Shown piece after piece: positions 48,977 through 62,922 of a stretch of 64,000 bases of DNA (position 1 is its first letter; each line of letters opens with the position of its first letter). The position numbers and the translations under genes are program-made. Under the pieces are notes generated by a model, which saw only the letters and a program-made list of their open reading frames with translations, searched no databases and was not told where the DNA came from. The DNA comes from Nitrospirota bacterium (GTDB taxonomy: Bacteria > Nitrospirota > UBA9217), in NCBI GenBank assembly GCA_963740085.1, contig CAVUCU010000001.1, positions 192,001 to 256,000 of the forward strand, read 5' to 3'.

Positions 48977-50725
48977 ATGGAACTGAAAAAATTATTCCCC
49001 TTTCTCCAGTGGTGGTCGCGGGTCAACCGCCGCACTGCGCGAGTCGACATTATGGCCGGCATTACCGGTGCGATCATCGTCCTTCCCCAGGGCGTTGCCT
49101 TTGCCATGATCGCCGGGCTGCCTCCTGAATACGGCCTCTATTCAGCAATGGTACCGACGATCATTGCCGCGCTGTTCGGTTCCTCCCGCCACCTCATCTC
49201 CGGGCCCACGACCGCCATTTCGATCGTTATCTTTACCACGGTCAGTCCCCTGTCAAGCCCGGGCAGCACGGATTACATCCAGATGGTCATCACCCTCACC
49301 TTCCTCGCCGGAATATTTCAATTCTCGCTGGGGCTCGCGCGCCTCGGTGCGCTCGTTAATTTCGTTTCTCATTCCGTGGTGATCGGATTCACTGCCGGCG
49401 CCGCCATACTCATAGGGGCCAGCCAGCTCAGCAATCTCGTCGGCGTCCCCGGTTCGAAAAGACACGCCTTTATCCATGTCTTGACGGACCTCGTTCAGCG
49501 TCTGCCTGACATAAATTACACGGTGCTTGCGATCGGTATCAGCACCCTGATCGCTGCGCTTGTGTTCAAAAAATATCTACCGCGCTGGCCGGGAATGCTC
49601 TTCGCCATGATCATCGGCAGCATCCTGGCCATTATGATGAAAGGCAGCGAACACGGCGTACGGCTTGTCGGCTCACTGCCTGCGCATCTGCCTCCATTCT
49701 CATTACCTGACCTTTCTACAGCCGACGTTCGTCTCCTGGCACCGGCGGGGCTCGCAATAGCGATGCTCGGGCTGACGGAAGCGGTCTCCATCGCCCGCTC
49801 CGTGGCCACCCGCTCGCACCAGCGCATCGACAGCAACCAGGAGTTCATCGGCCAGGGTCTTTCGAATGTTGTTGGAAGCTTCTTTTCAAGCTATGCCTCC
49901 TCGGGCTCGTTTACCCGCACGGGACTGAATTATGAAGCCGGGGCGAAAACACCGATGTCCGGCGTTTATGCCGCAGTTTCACTTGCCGTTATCCTCCTGC
50001 TCATTGCCCCGCTCACCGCTTATCTCCCGATCGCTTCCATGGCGGGCATTCTCCTCCTCGTGGCGTATAATCTCATCGACTTCCGTCACATCAGGGCGAT
50101 CATAAGAACAAGCCGCTCCGAAGCATCCGTACTCGCCGTTACTTTTTTCTCGACCCTTCTCGTGGAGTTGGAGTTCGCCATTTATGTTGGCGTGATCCTT
50201 TCGCTCCTGCTCTATCTCAATCGTACGTCCCATCCGCATTTCATTACGCTTGCCCCTGACCCCGAGAGTGACCGGCGGAGCTTCACCAATATTCTTAAAA
50301 AGCCCTTGCTGGAATGTCCCCAGCTCAAGATCATCCGGATGGACGGCTCGCTGTTTTTCGGGGCTGTTGACCATTTTGCCCAGGAAATGCGGGCTATCAC
50401 GAGGCAGAGCCCGGAACAGGCCCACCTCCTGCTGGTCGGCAGCGGCATAAACTTCGTCGACGTTGCCGGATGCGAAGCGCTGGCCGAGGAGGCGCACCGC
50501 CTTCACCTGACCGGGAGAAAGCTCTACCTCTGTTCGCTCAAGGGAGATGTGCTGAATGTGTTGAAGCGAGGAGAATGCATAAAGCATATTGGCGAGGAGA
50601 ACATCTTCCCTTCAAAGATCGAGGCGATAGAAAAGATCGTTCCCCAGCTCGACTCCGAACGGTGCCGCATCTGCACGGCGCGCATTTTTGACGAATGTGC
50701 GCAGATGCCGGGTGCGAAAACCTGA
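48977..50725 (+). CDS. SulP family anion transporter with STAS domain
   Basis: LPQGVAFAMIAGLPPEYGLY, GSSRHLISGPT, NQEFIGQG, STAS; C-terminal CRICTARIFDEC. Confidence 0.93.
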   Translation: MELKKLFPFLQWWSRVNRRTARVDIMAGITGAIIVLPQGVAFAMIAGLPPEYGLYSAMVPTIIAALFGSSRHLISGPTTAISIVIFTTVSPLSSPGSTDYIQMVITLTFLAGIFQFSLGLARLGALVNFVSHSVVIGFTAGAAILIGASQLSNLVGVPGSKRHAFIHVLTDLVQRLPDINYTVLAIGISTLIAALVFKKYLPRWPGMLFAMIIGSILAIMMKGSEHGVRLVGSLPAHLPPFSLPDLSTADVRLLAPAGLAIAMLGLTEAVSIARSVATRSHQRIDSNQEFIGQGLSNVVGSFFSSYASSGSFTRTGLNYEAGAKTPMSGVYAAVSLAVILLLIAPLTAYLPIASMAGILLLVAYNLIDFRHIRAIIRTSRSEASVLAVTFFSTLLVELEFAIYVGVILSLLLYLNRTSHPHFITLAPDPESDRRSFTNILKKPLLECPQLKIIRMDGSLFFGAVDHFAQEMRAITRQSPEQAHLLLVGSGINFVDVAGCEALAEEAHRLHLTGRKLYLCSLKGDVLNVLKRGECIKHIGEENIFPSKIEAIEKIVPQLDSERCRICTARIFDECAQMPGAKT

Positions 50726-50866
50726 TCGAAAAAAATGAGCCCGTGTCGCAGGGCGTGCATGTGGGGGGACGCAACGTGCTGAACGGTGACGGCGCGTTAC
50801 CACGCTTGTCAGCCGGCCAGCATGCAATATTGCAAACCGGCAAGTAAACGTCATATTTGGTAGAGT

Positions 50867-52555
50867 ATGCTCCTCCTTCTCACCCCTCGATATCTTGCCG
50901 TAAAGAACAGGCTCACCCGCCTCGCTCCCGGTGATGGGTTGAAAACAACCGTCCTCGGTCTGCTCGGCCTGGGATTCTGGGCTTTTATGTATGGCATTTC
51001 CTTCAAGGTCCTCTCTTACTTCAGGACCATTGAAGGTCTCGGCGACCTGCTTGCGCTCCGGCTGATGTCGATGGTGCTGCTGATGTTTTTTTCGATCCTC
51101 GTATTCAGCAACATCGTCACCTCGCTTTCGACCTTCTACCTCTCGGGAGAGCTCGCTATTCTGCACTCCGTACCAATTAGCATCGAGACCATCTTTCGCT
51201 CGAAATTCATCGAGACGATCATCGACTCATCGTGGATCACGCTCATCTACGGCCTGCCGGTCTTCCTCGCTTACGGAACGGTATTCAAGGCCCCGGTCCT
51301 TTACTATCTCGGCCTCCTGCTCACCATCATCCCTTTTTTGATCATCCCTGCCGGGATCGGCATCATGGTGACCATGCTACTCGTGAACGCATTCCCTGCA
51401 CGCAGGGCCAAGGACGTCCTGGTGCTCCTGAGCCTGCTGTTCTTCATGGTCATGTACATCCTGCTGCGCATGCTCAAACCCGAGAAGCTTGTTGACCCTG
51501 ATACGTTTCCCTCACTCGTCCAGTACCTGACCGCCATGCGCGCTCCCGTCTCGCCCCTCCTGCCGAGTTTCTGGGCCACAGAGACACTCTCCCCCCTGCT
51601 TCGCCGGATCAAAGGAGAGTTTCTCTTTTATCTGCTCATGCTCTGGAGCACCGCCGGCGCGAGTGTCGTCATCGGGGAGTGGGTCTGTGGAAGGATCTAC
51701 TACACCGGCTGGTCGCGTTCCCAGGAGGGCAAAAAATCTCCGATCTCGCGGTCGCGACTGGCGGATGCTTTCTTCCGATTCACCGTTCTGCCGTTACGGG
51801 GAAAGATGCGCGCCATAATATTGAAGGACATTAAACTTTTTTTCCGCGATACATCGCAGTGGTCGCAACTTTTCCTCATCTTCGCGCTCATGGTCGTGTA
51901 TATTTACAGCTTCGAGCTCCTGCCTCTGGACCGCGCGGTCATGCCGAGTTTCTTTCTTCAGAATCTGATCTCCTTCCTGAATCTCGGCATGGTGGGGTTC
52001 GTGACCGCGTCAGTCGCCGTTCGGTTCGTGTTCCCTGCGGTGAGCCTTGAGGGGGCGTCGTTCTGGATCATCAGGTCCGCACCTCTGTCGCTCAGGGATT
52101 TCCTCTGGGCGAAGTTCTGGAGCAGCCTGCTGCCGCTCCTGGTGCTCTCCGAGATATTGATCGTGCTCTCGAACACACTGCTCAAGGTCACGCCCTTCAT
52201 GATGTGGCTCGGCATTATTACGGTCTTCTTTATGACCTTCGGCATCACTGCCCTCGGCGTTGGCCTGGGCGCCGTATTCCCGCGGTTCAAGCACGAAAAT
52301 GTGGCCCAGATCCCCACGGGCTTCGGTGGCATCGTATATATGCTGTTGACCATGCTGTTTATCGGCGTTGTGATCACCCTCGAGGCATGGCCCGTATATA
52401 AGATATTCACGGCCCAGATTCCCGGTTACCACATCAGGACTTTCGGATGGGTATCCATAGCGCTTTCGATCATCGTCGTCATGATTGTGAACATTTATGC
52501 TCTTTTTTTACCCATGAAGATAGGGCTTGAGCACCTGAAACAGCGTGAAATATAG
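50867..52555 (+). CDS. Putative ABC transporter permease
   Basis: About 12 TM segments; KDIKLFFRD..QW, FPAVSLEG..WII.SAP motifs. Confidence 0.85.
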   Translation: MLLLLTPRYLAVKNRLTRLAPGDGLKTTVLGLLGLGFWAFMYGISFKVLSYFRTIEGLGDLLALRLMSMVLLMFFSILVFSNIVTSLSTFYLSGELAILHSVPISIETIFRSKFIETIIDSSWITLIYGLPVFLAYGTVFKAPVLYYLGLLLTIIPFLIIPAGIGIMVTMLLVNAFPARRAKDVLVLLSLLFFMVMYILLRMLKPEKLVDPDTFPSLVQYLTAMRAPVSPLLPSFWATETLSPLLRRIKGEFLFYLLMLWSTAGASVVIGEWVCGRIYYTGWSRSQEGKKSPISRSRLADAFFRFTVLPLRGKMRAIILKDIKLFFRDTSQWSQLFLIFALMVVYIYSFELLPLDRAVMPSFFLQNLISFLNLGMVGFVTASVAVRFVFPAVSLEGASFWIIRSAPLSLRDFLWAKFWSSLLPLLVLSEILIVLSNTLLKVTPFMMWLGIITVFFMTFGITALGVGLGAVFPRFKHENVAQIPTGFGGIVYMLLTMLFIGVVITLEAWPVYKIFTAQIPGYHIRTFGWVSIALSIIVVMIVNIYALFLPMKIGLEHLKQREI

Positions 52556-52567
52556 GTTTCCGATAAC

Positions 52568-52612
52568 CACAATATATTGTGCCTCCCCTGGAAGCAGACA
52601 CCTTACCTTGTT
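52568..52612. promoter_or_regulatory. Tandem NrdR-box-like sites upstream of smc
   Basis: Perfect palindrome CACAATATATTGTG at 52568-52581 and degenerate CACCTTACCTTGTT 31 bp downstream. Confidence 0.6.
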
Positions 52613-52621
52613 ATTTTTCCC

Positions 52622-52650
52622 TTTACAAACCCCCATTCATATGATATAAA
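52622..52650 (+). promoter_or_regulatory. Sigma-70-like promoter of smc
   Basis: TTTACA-17 bp-TATAAA with extended TG. Confidence 0.5.
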
Positions 52651-52707
52651 CATTTCAGTTAACGGCTTCTAAAAATCATCCGTCTGTCTGTTTAAATGAG
52701 GAGACCT

Positions 52708-56292
<3,585 letters not shown>

Positions 56293-56559
56293 TAAATTGG
56301 TCCTGAGTTGACATTCAATGCCGCGAGAAGGGCCCCATCGATTCAGTTTCGAATTCGAACCCGATGCCTGTTGCACGGACATCGATCTCATCACCGCCTT
56401 CACTGATTCCCCATCCCTCTTCTTGGAAAGAGAACCCGACAGCGCTGTTTCAGAATAGTGTTTTCACGCGGATCAACTCAAGCTGCGGATTTGTAGATAC
56501 TGCTTCTCGGACTCGGTATTCAAAGCATTGAACTGCGGTGAGGGGAATGGAAGAAAATA

Positions 56560-56592
56560 AAAAAGCAGGCCATGACTGATCAGGGCCTGCTT
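56560..56592 (-). terminator. Intrinsic terminator after the cold-shock gene
   Basis: AAGCAGGCC-loop-GGCCTGCTT with a T-run on the minus strand. Confidence 0.75.
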
Positions 56593-56611
56593 ATTAGGTT
56601 AATGCGCTGGA

Positions 56612-56812
56612 TTAAAGCTTGACGACGTTCGATGCTTTGGGACCTTTGGGCGAATCGATTACGTCGAACGAAACTTCCTGACCTTCAGCCAGGGACTTGA
56701 ATCCGCTGTCCTGAATATCGCCGAAGTGAACGAACACATCGCCGCCGCTTGCACGAGTAATGAATCCAAACCCTTTGGCATCATTGAACCACTTTACTGT
56801 ACCATTTTCCAT
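56612..56812 (-). CDS. cspA: Cold-shock protein
   Basis: [28 protein letters not shown]. Confidence 0.95.
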   Translation of the reverse strand: MENGTVKWFNDAKGFGFITRASGGDVFVHFGDIQDSGFKSLAEGQEVSFDVIDSPKGPKASNVVKL

Positions 56813-57006
56813 TGTGAGCTACCTCCTTCTTGTGTATTGAAGCTTACCGAAAAGGCAAAAAAAATCCGCAAAGCCAAAAATGTCTTTGCGGTCACCCTAC
56901 AAGTACATCCGGAACTTCTGGATGTAATAATCCCACTTTAGCGCCAGGAAGTCAAGAGTTATTATTTTATTTAACGTCTTAGTTCCTGGGAATGAACGGG
57001 AGGCCG

Positions 57007-57996
57007 TCAGAACGCAAGATCAGGATATGCGAACTGGCCTTGAAAACCGGCATCACTGCCGGCGAAGCTTTGATTCATGGTGTGATCCGACTTTCCGAGA
57101 ACATCTCTTCCGGGGAGAGGCACAAGCGGCTCGAAGGAACCCGGTGATGATCTGTCCGGTTGCAATCTTATCCCGATATCAGCGAGTCTCAGCGCACTTT
57201 TCCACAGGCGGCTGCGCGAGGGGGCTCCGAGAACCGCCGTATATATGAGACCCTTTTCGGTGTCCATGGCGCCCACAAAACAATGCCTCGCGTTACAGGT
57301 AAAGCCGGTCTTTCCGCCTATCATGTCAGTTCGGGACCACAGCAGATTGTCCGTATTCGAGAGATATAATTCCCTGCCTGCCGCTGTTTTGACCATCCAT
57401 CCTTTTTTGCCGAGGATCTCCCGGATAAGCGGGTACATAAGAGCCCTTTTCAGAATGATCGTCAGATCCCGGGCCGTTGTATATTGTCTGCCTTTGGGCA
57501 GGCCGGAAGCGGTCTCGAAGTGGGTATCATTGGCACCAATATCCTTTGCCTTCTGATTCATCATTGCGACAAACGCATTCTCTGAACCGCCCGCCCCCTC
57601 GGCAAGGGCTACGGCGGCGGCATTGATGGATCTCATGAGTGCCAGATGGAGGAGGTCTGAAACCGTCAGGACGTCGCCTGCCTTAAGCCTGGGCTTTCCG
57701 GAACGGGCTGCCTGAGCCCTCTTGCTCACGGTCACGCTGGTTGACGGATCCAGACGATCAAGGGCCACCATGGCGGTCACGAGTTTTACTGTGCTGGCGG
57801 GCGGAAGCTTGGCCGAAGGGTATTTCTCTGAAAGTACCGAATCGTTCTCATCAACCACGATCCACGCCTTTGCCGCAATGCCCTTCCGCGAAAAAGAAAA
57901 GGCGGGCTGCACCGCTGTCAGCAGAAGGACCGCGAACACCAGGTAAAAAACCACTCGCTTCAAAAGGGATCTTGGTAAGGATACGGATCGATACAT
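57007..57996 (-). CDS. D-alanyl-D-alanine carboxypeptidase (peptidase S11)
   Basis: PASTVK (SxxK), SIN (SxN), GKTG. Confidence 0.9.
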   Translation of the reverse strand: MYRSVSLPRSLLKRVVFYLVFAVLLLTAVQPAFSFSRKGIAAKAWIVVDENDSVLSEKYPSAKLPPASTVKLVTAMVALDRLDPSTSVTVSKRAQAARSGKPRLKAGDVLTVSDLLHLALMRSINAAAVALAEGAGGSENAFVAMMNQKAKDIGANDTHFETASGLPKGRQYTTARDLTIILKRALMYPLIREILGKKGWMVKTAAGRELYLSNTDNLLWSRTDMIGGKTGFTCNARHCFVGAMDTEKGLIYTAVLGAPSRSRLWKSALRLADIGIRLQPDRSSPGSFEPLVPLPGRDVLGKSDHTMNQSFAGSDAGFQGQFAYPDLAF

Positions 57997-58133
57997 AGGT
58001 GAGAGTATACACTAAAAATAATAAAATGTAAATGTATTGCAAATTCCGACCTTCAAGTTCTTTTCCAGAACTGCCTGAAGGGTCCGCTCCCCGAGCAGAA
58101 CCGTCTCCAGCACGTCACGCACGCGACCAAGGC

Positions 58134-58622
58134 TCATGCTGTTGGAGGGAAAGCCCCTACCTGTGCGATGCGATACCACTCGACAAACCGTGCCGCCGCA
58201 GGATGACCTTCCTCAGGCGCCCATCCGGCGGCATTCTTATCTTTCGGCTGAGCGTACGGCCCCTGCTTTACCTCAAAGAAGACCGTTCCGCTTTCGAGCG
58301 ACACGATCGAGTGCCAGGTATTCTCCGGTATCTCTGCAGCGAATACCGGCCCTCTCGCAGACAGTACGACCCTTTCCGTTACCGTACCTGAGTCATGAAA
58401 GAAGAGGAGCGCGGCTGAACCACGCAGAAGCAGAAATATTTCGCATGTCTCCGGCTCGGCATGCCGGTGCGGCCTGATATAGGTCCCCGGTTCTATGGCC
58501 ACGCACAATCGTTGCAAAGGGTCCTCCAGTCGCGGGTGAAAATTATGATGCGCCCGTTTCCGGGGCGACTCCTTTGCCTTGCCGGTCAGCGAGTCCAGAA
58601 GTGTATTGTCAATCTGTTTCAT
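58134..58622 (-). CDS. WbuC family cupin
   Basis: SPRKRAHHNFH..PGTYIRPHRH..WHS..FFEVKQGPY..WAPEE. Confidence 0.88.
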   Translation of the reverse strand: MKQIDNTLLDSLTGKAKESPRKRAHHNFHPRLEDPLQRLCVAIEPGTYIRPHRHAEPETCEIFLLLRGSAALLFFHDSGTVTERVVLSARGPVFAAEIPENTWHSIVSLESGTVFFEVKQGPYAQPKDKNAAGWAPEEGHPAAARFVEWYRIAQVGAFPPTA

Positions 58623-58702
58623 ATGGTCTCCCCGTTCTTTTCGGGACGCCTGGACCTTCAAACCACTGCTCACCGTCCGGACCGGACGGATCAGACGGGC
58701 TT

Positions 58703-59482
58703 TCAGGATTGACAGGCCATGACCGGAAGGTGGATGGGATCAACGAACATATCCTCGGCTGGTTTCCGGTAGTAGGGACATCTCTCTTCCCGGCACCCGT
58801 GAGGGTGCCTGTTGCCGTCTTTGCAGACGATCGCGGTTTTCGCCACCGGAAGCGAGATGCCGAACCTTTCCGCAAAGATCATAACCGCCTCCGAAAGCGC
58901 CGCACGCACATAGGCCTTGCAGCAGCTTGGCCCCGTAAGTTCGGCGACAACCTGCGAGACCTTGATAACCGCGTTCATCGTGATCTTCTGCTCCGTATCG
59001 GAGCCGCATTGGGAACCGAGGAAAACGGAAAGGCACGCGCCGATGGCGGGCGCAATGCCGCACACACCGGTGAGCCCGCAGTAACCGCCCACGGCCTGCT
59101 TTGCAGTTCTGGCGAACACTTCGCGGATGTCCGCATTCGTGATCTTGCCTTTGCCATAGGGAGAATTTTTAAGTGCCGCCATGAGAGCTCCCCCGGCAAT
59201 GTACGCATGCTCGCATCCGAGCATGGGAAGGTTCGGATGGCCAATCATGAGCTCGGCTATCACGATGGGATCTTGCAGTTCCGTAGTAAATACCACCCCC
59301 TCGATCATCTGCATCGCGTCCCTGCGGTGACACGCTTCGCAGGTGAAATGCCCTTGCGGACATTTGACATGCCCCTGTTCTGTTGCTCCGCAATAGACGC
59401 ATACAAGGTTTTCAGATTGGCGCAGATATTCAAGTGCCGAACCGCAGACGAGACAGTTCTCCGCGTTCCTTTTTTCGTTCAT
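58703..59482 (-). CDS. Cys-rich DUF5714-like protein
   Basis: CLVC..CVYC..CPQGHFTCEACH, GCEH, GGYCGLTGVCG, GPSCCK. Confidence 0.78.
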   Translation of the reverse strand: MNEKRNAENCLVCGSALEYLRQSENLVCVYCGATEQGHVKCPQGHFTCEACHRRDAMQMIEGVVFTTELQDPIVIAELMIGHPNLPMLGCEHAYIAGGALMAALKNSPYGKGKITNADIREVFARTAKQAVGGYCGLTGVCGIAPAIGACLSVFLGSQCGSDTEQKITMNAVIKVSQVVAELTGPSCCKAYVRAALSEAVMIFAERFGISLPVAKTAIVCKDGNRHPHGCREERCPYYRKPAEDMFVDPIHLPVMACQS

Positions 59483-59654
59483 AGTTACTATATATACCAC
59501 AGATGACCGCTACTTTCCATACATACTGTTTATCTCCCTTGCTGTTATCTCCCTTGCTTGACTTTTACGATGCTTTTGCGCTATTCTAGGCTTACGTGAT
59601 CGAAGATCGAATACTCCAACGCTGAAATCTCGTTGATCTCGTCAGGAGCTATCC

Positions 59655-60440
59655 GTGAATAAAGTGGTTCTGCTGCTTCTCACCCTGCTTCTTATACCCA
59701 TCCCCTCTTCTGGTCACGAAACCACGGCCACGAAAGCCGATATTGCGCTCGAGGAGAAGCTGGGGCAGTACCTCCCCGCCGGCGCCGTATTCGTTGATGA
59801 ACGCGGCAACCATGTCGATCTCAGAAATTTCATCGACAAACCGGCGATCATAGCGCCGGTCTATCTGGGGTGCATGCATGTCTGCCCCCTGCTGCTGAAC
59901 GGCCTTGCCGACGTGCTCGGCAGAATGGACGTGATGACGCCCGGCAAGGATTTCAAGGTGATCACCATCAGTTTTGATGATAAGGACACGCCGGCGATCG
60001 CCCGGGACAAGAAACGGAACTATATCAAGGCCATCAACAAGCCTTTTCCCGATGATGCCTGGACCTTTCTGACCGGCGATGCCGCGAACATAAAGAAGTT
60101 CACCGATTCCATCGGGTTCAGGTTCCAGCGCGACGGAGCGCACGATTTTTCCCACCCGGTCACACTGGTCGTCATCGCCCCCGGAGGAAAGATCGTACGC
60201 TATCTCGAAGGTGTGAACTTTCTCCCCTTCGAGGTGACCATGGCCTTGAACGAAGCGGCGACAGGGCGGGTCGGATCCCCCGCGCGCAAGGTGCTCATGT
60301 ACTGCTTCAGCTATGATCCGCTGAAAAAATCGTATGTGTTTAATATATTAAAGGTCACGGCAACGGTCATGATCCTTTTCGTTGGGTCGTTCTTTGCGTA
60401 TTTAATGATATCGACGAAAAAGAAGCGAGGGGCCGCATAA
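59655..60440 (+). CDS. SCO family protein of the oxidase operon
   Basis: EKLGQ, CMHVC, SFDDKDT, WTFLTG, FSHP, YCFSYDP, C-terminal TM. Confidence 0.92.
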   Translation: MNKVVLLLLTLLLIPIPSSGHETTATKADIALEEKLGQYLPAGAVFVDERGNHVDLRNFIDKPAIIAPVYLGCMHVCPLLLNGLADVLGRMDVMTPGKDFKVITISFDDKDTPAIARDKKRNYIKAINKPFPDDAWTFLTGDAANIKKFTDSIGFRFQRDGAHDFSHPVTLVVIAPGGKIVRYLEGVNFLPFEVTMALNEAATGRVGSPARKVLMYCFSYDPLKKSYVFNILKVTATVMILFVGSFFAYLMISTKKKRGAA

Positions 60441-60445
60441 AAAAC

Positions 60446-60562
60446 CTTTCAGGTGAAATGGGGACTCCACCCAAAAGAGGCTTCTTGCCCTTTCCCCATC
60501 CTTACCTCTTTTCACCTGAAAGATTTTTTGGATACTTTTTCCCTCAACGTCCTCTGCGGTAA
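60446..60562. repeat. 13-bp perfect inverted repeat followed by a CTCTGCGGTAA-type element end
   Basis: CTTTCAGGTGAAA (60446) and TTTCACCTGAAAG (60510); CCTCAACGTCCTCTGCGGTAA ends at 60562. Confidence 0.65.
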
Positions 60563-60595
60563 TATACTGTTTTTACAGCGATAAGAATATTTATT

Positions 60596-62179
60596 ATGGA
60601 AACCAACTTTTACAATACTCCGGGCAAATACCCCGGCATCTTCGGCTGGATCTTCACGACCGACCATAAAAGGATCGGGCTCCTGTACCTCGGCTCGACG
60701 CTCGCATTCTTCATCGTCGGCGCGTGCCTCGGGCTCACGATGCGTCTCGAACTCATCCGGTCCGGCATGCACTTTTTCAGCGCCCAGACATACAATGCCC
60801 TGTTCACGCTTCACGGCGTGATCATGATCTTCCTTTTCATCATTCCCGGCATTCCCGCTTCGCTCGGGAACTTCATCCTGCCGCTCCAGATCGGAGCGCG
60901 CGATGTTGCATTCCCCCGGATCAATATCCTGACCTGGTGGCTGTATATCATCGGCGGAGCGCTTGCCGTCACATCCCTTTTTACCGGCGGCGGCCCGCCC
61001 GACACAGGCTGGACCTTTTACATCCCGTACAGCATCCGCACTGGCACGAACGTGTCGCTCGCAGTATTCGGCGTGTTCCTGATCGGAATGTCGTCAACGC
61101 TCACCGGTATGAACTTCCTGACCACGATCCACCGGCTCCGGGCGCCCGGCATGACCTGGCGAAGAATGACGCTGTTCACCTGGTCCATCTACGCCACGTC
61201 GTGGATCCAGCTCCTGGCCACTCCGGTCCTGGCCATCACACTGCTCTTGATCATCATCGAGCGCTTTTTCGGCGTGGGCTTCTTCGACCCGGCAAAGGGA
61301 GGTGACCCGATCCTCTTTGAGCACATGTTCTGGATCTACTCCCACCCGGCGGTCTATATCATGATCCTGCCGGCGATGGGCGCCGTCACCGACATCATCC
61401 CGGTGTTCACCCGAAGGAATATCTTCGGATACAAGTTCATAGCCGCGTCGAGCCTGGCCATCGCCTTCGTCGGTTACCTCGTCTGGGGTCACCATATGTT
61501 CACCAGCGGCATGAGCGACACGGCGAGGGTCATCTTCTCGCTTCTCACATTCCTCGTTGCCGTGCCCAGCGGGGTGAAGGTCTTCAACTGGATCGCGAGC
61601 CTCTACAAGGGATCGATCAGGATGGACGCGCCGCTGCTCTACACACTCGGGTTCATTTTTCTGTTTTCCATCGGCGGCCTGACCGGCCTCGTGCAGGGAG
61701 CCCTTGCCACGAACCTCCACGTCCACGGCACCTACTTCATCGTGGGACATTTCCACTATGTGATGTTCGGCGGCACGGCCATGGGGTTCTTCGCAGGCCT
61801 CCACTACTGGTTTCCAAAAATTACCGGCAGGCTTTATGAAGACCATCTGGCAAAGCTCGCCTGGGTTCTTCTGTTCATCGGCTTCAATATGCTCTACTTT
61901 TCCATGTTCGTTCTTGGCTGGGAAGGGATGCCCAGGCGGTATTACGACTATCTTCCGAAATTTAACGCCCCCAACCTGGTCGCCACCATCGGATCCTGGA
62001 TTCTGGCCATGGGGCTGATTATTATGTTCTATAACCTTATCCACTCGCTCTTTACGGGCAGAGAGGCCGGGGACAATCCCTGGGAAGCGGCGTCGCTCGA
62101 ATGGCGGACCACATCACCGCCGCCCACGGAAAATTTCGCTCAGCAGCCCGTGGTCACGAAGGGACCGTATGAGTTTTAA
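60596..62179 (+). CDS. ctaD: Cytochrome c oxidase subunit I, type A2
   Basis: TDHKRIG, LHGVIM, GWTFY, FWIYSHPAVY (YS, A2 type), WGHHMF, HFHYV, GMPRRY. Confidence 0.97.
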   Translation: METNFYNTPGKYPGIFGWIFTTDHKRIGLLYLGSTLAFFIVGACLGLTMRLELIRSGMHFFSAQTYNALFTLHGVIMIFLFIIPGIPASLGNFILPLQIGARDVAFPRINILTWWLYIIGGALAVTSLFTGGGPPDTGWTFYIPYSIRTGTNVSLAVFGVFLIGMSSTLTGMNFLTTIHRLRAPGMTWRRMTLFTWSIYATSWIQLLATPVLAITLLLIIIERFFGVGFFDPAKGGDPILFEHMFWIYSHPAVYIMILPAMGAVTDIIPVFTRRNIFGYKFIAASSLAIAFVGYLVWGHHMFTSGMSDTARVIFSLLTFLVAVPSGVKVFNWIASLYKGSIRMDAPLLYTLGFIFLFSIGGLTGLVQGALATNLHVHGTYFIVGHFHYVMFGGTAMGFFAGLHYWFPKITGRLYEDHLAKLAWVLLFIGFNMLYFSMFVLGWEGMPRRYYDYLPKFNAPNLVATIGSWILAMGLIIMFYNLIHSLFTGREAGDNPWEAASLEWRTTSPPPTENFAQQPVVTKGPYEF

Positions 62180-62188
62180 TTATATGCA

Positions 62189-62250
62189 TGGAGCAGAGAG
62201 CAGGGGGCAGCGTACTGACTGCAGCTGCAATTTACTTCATGCTCTCTGCA
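62189..62250. repeat. Short heptad-periodic inverted repeat
   Basis: TGGAGCA-GAGAGCA-GGGGGCA ... TACTTCA-TGCTCTC-TGC. Confidence 0.55.
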
Positions 62251-62266
62251 GTGACTTTTACCGCTT

Positions 62267-62878
62267 ATGAACGAAACCGTACACATGGAACACCGCGATT
62301 ACGCCGGCGCAAAACTCGGCATGTGGCTCTTCCTGTTCACGGAGATCCTGCTCTTCGGGGGCATGTTCCTGGTCTACGCGGAATACCGTCAAGTGAACAC
62401 CGCCGATTTCCACGAAGCCGGCAGCGAGATGAACGTCTTTATCGGGGCGGCAAACACGATCATCCTCCTGACCAGCAGCCTGACCATGGCCCTGGCGATC
62501 TCGTCGATCAAAAAAGGGCTGAAGGTTCGCTCCCTCACGCTCCAGGCAGCCACCATACTCCTCGGCCTCGGCTTCCTGGTCAACAAGTATTTCGAATGGA
62601 GCGACCATATCCGCAAAGGTTTCTATCCCGACTCGCCCGATCTTCTGGCCATGAGCCACGGCAAGATCCTGTTCTTCGGTCTTTACTATGTCATGACCGG
62701 CATCCATGCGCTGCATGTCATCATCGGCTTATCCGTCATCGCGTTCATGTTCGCGTTGACGCTACGGGACAGGATATCGAGCTCCGATTACGTGAAACTG
62801 GAGAACACGGGACTTTTCTGGCATATTGTGGACATCATCTGGATATACCTGTTCCCGCTATTTTACCTGATCCGGTAA
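62267..62878 (+). CDS. ctaE: Cytochrome c oxidase subunit III
   Basis: GMWLFLFTEILLFGG, NTIILLTSS, MTGIHALHV, FWHIVDIIW. Confidence 0.95.
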   Translation: MNETVHMEHRDYAGAKLGMWLFLFTEILLFGGMFLVYAEYRQVNTADFHEAGSEMNVFIGAANTIILLTSSLTMALAISSIKKGLKVRSLTLQAATILLGLGFLVNKYFEWSDHIRKGFYPDSPDLLAMSHGKILFFGLYYVMTGIHALHVIIGLSVIAFMFALTLRDRISSSDYVKLENTGLFWHIVDIIWIYLFPLFYLIR

Positions 62879-62922
62879 GGGTTGCTTGTCCGGCGGAGCA
62901 ATCCGGGAGGACCAAGGACTGT

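Noticed and set aside
58703-59482. CEACH in the DUF5714-like protein as a heme c site
   Set aside because: No signal peptide; the motif is part of a Cys-rich, probably zinc-binding N-terminus.
58574-59506. 310-aa plus-strand ORF, and similar antisense ORFs such as 28120-28932, 55642-56403 and 61094-62044
   Set aside because: Shadow ORFs opposite well-supported genes, with no recognisable motifs.
62188-62922. 339-aa track ORF as one protein
   Set aside because: Its first 245 codons overlap subunit III out of frame; only the part from ATG 62923 resembles subunit IV.
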